A program made the position numbers and the translations under genes. A stretch of DNA of 64,000 bases from Cyanobacteriota bacterium (GTDB lineage: Bacteria; Cyanobacteriota; Cyanobacteriia; PCC-6307; Cyanobiaceae): positions 21,925 to 85,924 of the forward strand of contig JBEBCC010000064.1 of NCBI GenBank assembly GCA_041158125.1, read 5' to 3'. The notes under the pieces were generated by a model that saw nothing but the letters and a program-made list of their open reading frames with translations, was not told the DNA's origin and searched no databases. Of the stretch, positions 55,401 through 61,400 are shown one piece after another (the stretch's first letter is position 1; the number at the start of each line of letters is the position of its first letter).

Positions 55401-58400
55401 GTCACGGTGTCGAGCAAGGGTGCCTCGCTGCTGCAGGGGAGTCTCGAGACCCGGGCCAGCGCCGCTCGAGTGGTCGAGGTTCGTCTTGGTCGCGGCAACG
55501 ACACGGTGCGGGTCACCGAGGTTCCCGACTGGACGCTCACGATCAACGATGCCGGTGGCTCTGATGCCTACGCCATCAGCCTCGGTCGCCCCAGCTCCGG
55601 CAAGGCCGACGGTCTGATCGACATCCGCGAGACCAGCAGCGGCGATGTGGACGAGATTCTGTTGGAGCAGACCCGCGCCAGTGATGCGGTCAGCTTCAGC
55701 GGCGATGGCGGCGGCGCCATGATCAGCAATGGCCGCGAGCGCATTCGCTACAACGCCACCTCGGCCGGTATTGAGAAAGTCACACTGCTGGGCAAGGGGG
55801 CCAGCCTTGATGGCCATCAGGTGCGCTCCTTCGGCGGTGACGTTCGTTTCAACGCTGCACAGCTCGGCAGCACCTGGTTCCGGGCTGTGGGCCGGCGCAT
55901 CTTGCAGGAGAGCGCCGTCGAGGCTCAGGGCGTCGTCTTCGAAAGCCTGCAGGGCCTCACGGTTGAGCACAGCATCACCGCCCTCGAAAACGGCACCATT
56001 GATCTGCGCGCCCTCGGGGATGGCGCCTCGCTCACTCTCAAGGCCGATCTGATCGTGTCGGCAACAACAGACCGACTCGCCGGTGCAGCGACCAACCGCA
56101 GTGCCGACGGCAGCGGTGCCGTGCGATTGACCAGCGTTGATGGCTCCCTGGTGCTGGCTGGACGCACCGACAGTCAGGGCCAGGCGATCCCCGCCTGGAT
56201 CAGAGGCAGCGGCAGCCATCTGCAGATCCGCGCCCGCGATGCCATCGGCACCGAGCTGCTGCCCCTGCGCACCCAGGTGGCTTCTCTCAACGCTGCAACC
56301 GCCGCCCATGGCGCTGGCAGCGGCGAGATCCGCGTGATCGAAACCGACAGCCTCATCCTGCGCAGCGATGCCGATTTCGGCCCGACCCTGGCAGCCCGGC
56401 AGATCGCTGATGTGCAGCTGCGCGTCACTCCCGGCCAGGACGCCTGGGAGAGCAAGGTGGCGTGGCAGGCGACCCTGCCGCCGATCTGGCGTGATCGCCT
56501 CACCATGGCCACAGGCAGCAGCGCCCTGGAGGCGGCCCGCGGTCAGCTCACGGTTGATCTGCTCGCCACCAATGCTCTGCTGAGTCTGACGTCGGGTCGT
56601 CTGTCGACAGCCAGCAGTGGCAGGGCAATCTCTCTCACCGCAGACGACATGGACTTTGTCAGTGGTGCAGGCCAGCTGCAGGGCACCGGTGCCCTGACCT
56701 TGCGCACCCAGAGTCTGGTCAGCAACAGCTGGATCGGCAGCGCCGCCGACAACGCCTACGCCGATGCTGAGATCGAGGAGGCCAGGCAGCAGCCCGGCCT
56801 GTATCTGTCTCGCCAGGATATGGCCGCCCTGGCAGATGGTTTCAGCCAGATCACCCTGGGCCGTCGCGATCGCGGCAACGTCATGGCCATTGGCGATCTG
56901 CGCTTCGCCAATGGTCTCGATTCACGTCTGCGGGATCGCACCACTCTGCTCAGCGATCAGTTCGCCATCGGCGGTGTGGTCGAGTCGCCCCAGACGGCGC
57001 TGCAGCTGGAAGGGCGTCTGCTGCTGATCAACAACAGCAATCTGCACGCCGCCACAGGAGCGCCGACCAGCGGAGTCGCCAACATGCCCGGACTGATTGC
57101 CCCCGCGCTGGTCCTGCAGGTCGACCAGCAGGCCCGGCTGCTGGGTCAGCTGACCACGACAGATGGCATCAGCCTTGCCATCAACGGTTCACCTGAAAGT
57201 ACAGGCACTCTGCTGAGTGCCGCCAGCAACCTCTACAGCCTTGAGCTCCATGGACAGGTGAGCGCCAGTGCCGGCTCCATCAGCCTCCACACACGTCACG
57301 GCCAGACCATCGGCGCGGTGGTTTCCGCCGGCGGCAGTGGCAGCGACCTCACGATCAATGCCAGCGGTCTGGTGGAGGTGTACGGCAACCTCGGTGCCAC
57401 AGACCAGCTGACCGTTTCTGTCGCTGAGTCCAGCAGCGAGTCCAGCAATCTGAGCCCTGGTCTGCTGATCAGCTACAGCGGCGTGCTCAGCACCACGGCT
57501 GACTACAGCAGCATTCACCTCACAAGCTTCGATGGGCAAGGCATCGATGGCCAACTGCAGGCGGCCGGCGTCGGCAGTGATCTGATCATCAGAGCCGGAA
57601 AGAACGTGCGGGTTGCCGGCCGTCTGCAGGCAAGCGATCAGCTGAGCATCGGCGTCGGAGGTGATAACCCTGGTGCCGTAGTGGGGCATCGCAGTTTTGA
57701 GCTCAATGCCGGCGGTCTGCTGCAGACCAGTGATCCGGACAGCCTGATTGCGTTGATCAGCAGCGATGCTCAGGTGATCAGCGGCACGATCCGCGCCGGC
57801 AGCGCTGGCAGTGATCTGCAACTCAGCGCCAAGGGCCTGGTGCAGGTCATCGGTGGGGTGATCGAGGCAACAGACCAACTCAACCTCAACATTGCTGAGG
57901 CCGATGCCACGGTGATCCACAGCAACACGGGCCTGAGCGTCGATGGCAACAGCCGAATCGCCACCAGTGCCGGCGGCAGCAGGATCAGCCTGGTCAGCTT
58001 TGATGGCCAGAATCTCGCCGGCAGCGTGACCGCCGCCGGCCCAGACAGTGATCTCATGATCACCGCTGGCAAAACGGTGCATGTCAGCGGCAATCTCACG
58101 GCCACCGATCAATTGACGATCAGCGTCGGCGACAAGGCCCCAGGCGCCCTCGTCGATCACCGCCATCTCCGTCTGAGCAGCAGCGGCTCGATTACCACCA
58201 CCGCCGGCGCCAGCGCCATCGTGCTCAGCACCAGCGATGGCCAGGAGCTGGCTGGGCTGGTGGTTGCCGGCAGCAACCCCGGCAGCGGCGGCGCCGATCT
58301 GACGATCCAGGCCAAGGGACGGGTCGAGGTGAGCGGCACCCTGCAGGCCCGCGACCAACTGCAACTGAGCGTGTTGGAGTGTGAGGCCGGTAGTTTCACG

Positions 58401-61400
58401 GGCCTGGCCAGCAGCGGCTTCGGCCTGGCCATCACGGCCAGCGGTCAGCTGATCAGCCACGATGCGGCCAGCACCATCAGCCTGAGCAGCCGCTATGGCC
58501 AACGCATCGCTGGCCAGGTGGAGGCCCGCGGTGCAGGCAGCGACCTGATCCTCACGGCCCGGGAGCTGCTGCACCTGGCTGGCCATCTCAAGGCGGTTGA
58601 TCAGTTGCTGATCAACGTGAGCGCGCTGCCCGGCTGGATCGACCCGGGCAGTGCCTTCGGCCTTGGGGCCACCGGCGTGGTGGTTGAAACAGCAGGTGAG
58701 CTGATCAGCACTGGCGACGGTGGTCGGATTGCCATCAGCACCGATCACAGCATCAGCTTTGAAGGCAATCTCCAGGCCAGCGGCAGCGGCACCCGTGTGA
58801 GTCTGGCCAGCAGGGAGCGCATCCAGATCGGCGGTGTGATCCAGGCCACAGGCCTGCAGGCGGCGATCAATGTCAGCGCCGCGCCTGCGGTGATGCCCAA
58901 CCTGTCAACAAGCAGCCTGATCGCCGGACGGTTGCATCTGCTTGAGCTCAGCCGGGATACGGGCAGCGGCAGGATCGGAACGGTTCTGGCCAGTGGCACC
59001 GGCAGCAGCGTCAGCATCAGCAGTGCCCAGGCGCTGCGCTCCCAGGGTGAAATCGAGGCCCGTGGCGCCGGCGCCACGGTCACGCTGAGCAGTGGCGAAC
59101 AGGCGGAGATCAGCGGCAGCGTGCGGGCAGCCGCTGCGATCGGTCTGGTGGTGGCGGCCACCGGTGATGGCGCAGGCCTGCTGAAGCGACCCTACGGACG
59201 CCTCGGCCTCCGCCTCGACGGCGGATCCATCCTCCAGACCAGCGAATCGGCCAGCCAGATCAGCCTCAGTGCTGCGGCTGCGATCGAGGCCGCCGGTGTG
59301 ATCGAGGCCGGCGGCCATGGTTCGCAGCTGTCACTCATGGCCTCTGGTGCTCTGTTGTTGATGGAAGGTGCCGACCTCCGCGCCCTCGGTGCTGGGTCTG
59401 CTGTCAGTCTGAGCAGTAGCGACGTCCTGGCGGTCAACAGCGGTTCAGCGGTGCGTGCCGGCGTCAGCTTCACCATGGTCGAGGCCGCGCCCCTGCCTCA
59501 GATCAGCGGCAGCAACGCCAACCTCTCCCTGACAGCCAATGGCGAGATGCTGCTGGCCGGTTCAGTCTCTGCCAGCGGTGATCTGATCATTCGCTCGGGT
59601 GCGCAGCGCTACGACAACGCTTCTTACGGAGATCCCGCTAACGCCAGCGAAACAACTTTCAGCAGCCAATATCTCCCCGGTTACGCCATCTTCAACAAGA
59701 CGGCGATGCTGGCCAGTATCGCCAACCAGAGTCCCAACCATTACCTCGCGCAGCACACGGGCGGCTACGGTCTGATGCTGACCGGCACCGTCACCAGCCT
59801 GGGCGACCAACGCCAGTTGACGCTCAGCTCCAGCGAAGACGTTCTGGTGCGCGGCAACATCACAGCCATCGGCGTCGGCTCCGGGTTGACGCTTCACTCG
59901 GATCAGTGGCTGTTTGTTGAAGGCTTCGCCACCGCCAGCCGCAGTCTCAACCTCTACGGCGGCATGGGCCGTAACGGTGAGGTTCTGACCGGTAGCGCCG
60001 CCCGCGCTGACAGCCGCGGTACCAGCATCTACGTGCACGCCACCAGCACACTGCGCACCAGCGAAGCGGGCAGCACGATCGATGTGCGTGGTGCCGCTGA
60101 TGTCGACCTTTTTGCCGCTTTGGTGGCCGGCGGGACGATCACCAGCAACGGTGTGAACTTCACGCTCGATGCCGATGGCGATGGCGGCAGCAACCTGAGC
60201 ATCAGAGCCGGCCAGCAATTGCGGCTTGAGTCGGGCCTGTTGGCCAGCGGCGATGTGACCCTGGCCAGCGGTGCCCCCGGCAGCGACGACAGCTGGAACG
60301 GCCAGAGCATGGACAGCCTGGGCAGCAATCCGTTGAGCTTGCTGATCCAGAGCAGCGGCGGCATCACGGCCGCCGGTCTCGGTGCTGGGCTCAGCAGCGA
60401 CGGCATCACGCGCAAAGGCAGCACGGTGACGATCGATGCCGCCGGCCGGGTGGAGCTGCTGGGAACCATCAACGCCGGTGGTCGTCTGGTTCAGACCTTT
60501 GCACCCAACGGCGGCCCGCTCCTGAGCCAGAGCGTTGACTGGAGCGGCCGCGATTCGGATCTGATCATCCGTTCCACAGGCCGGGTCTATGTCGGTGGAC
60601 TCACCTGGAATGGCAGCTCCACAACCGAGACCGGCGCCTTCTTCAACGCCAGCCGGCTGATTGATGTGCAGGGCGGCAGCGACAGCACCAGTGGCAAGGG
60701 ACTGATCGTGCAGGCCAGTTCCGAGCTGGTGGTGCAGGGCACCCGCCATGATGATGGCAGCGTGCGTTCTGCCGGTGAGATCCGGCTGCGCGGCGTCAAC
60801 GATGTCGATCTGCAGGGTCTGCTGCTGGCCGGCGGTCGCAGTGAGATGGTGCGCGACAGCGTCGGTCGCTACCTCGGCCGCCGGATCGTGCGCTACGACG
60901 TCGATTCGCAGATCACGGTCCAGGCCGATCGGCAGCTGATCATCGGCACTGATGTCACGGCGGGCAAGAGTGTCACCGTGCGCGGCGGCCTTGACAGCCG
61001 CACCCCCACGGTGGGGGCCCCCTACGAGGGTCGCGGTCTGGTTCTCTATGGCACCGCGAGTGTTGCCACCAGCCGCGCCAACGGCGCCATTCACCTCGAT
61101 GCACCCGGCCGCATCGACCTGCTGGCCCCGCTCGATGTCAACGAACTGACCTTTGATGGCTGGCCCGTGGCGGGCAACGGCCAACTGAGCCGCGATGTGA
61201 CCCTGGTGGTGCAGGTCGACAAGATCAGCTACGCGATCGAGGCCGCGGTCACCCTGGCCGCCAGCGCCACAACCAACAACACCAGTATCGCCAACCTGGC
61301 CGCCGACCTGGAGGCCGCCCTGGCCGGCGCCAGCTGGAGGGTGATTCGCAGCAACGGCACCAGCAGCGACCCGGTGCTCGGCAGCGTCTACAGCGATAGC

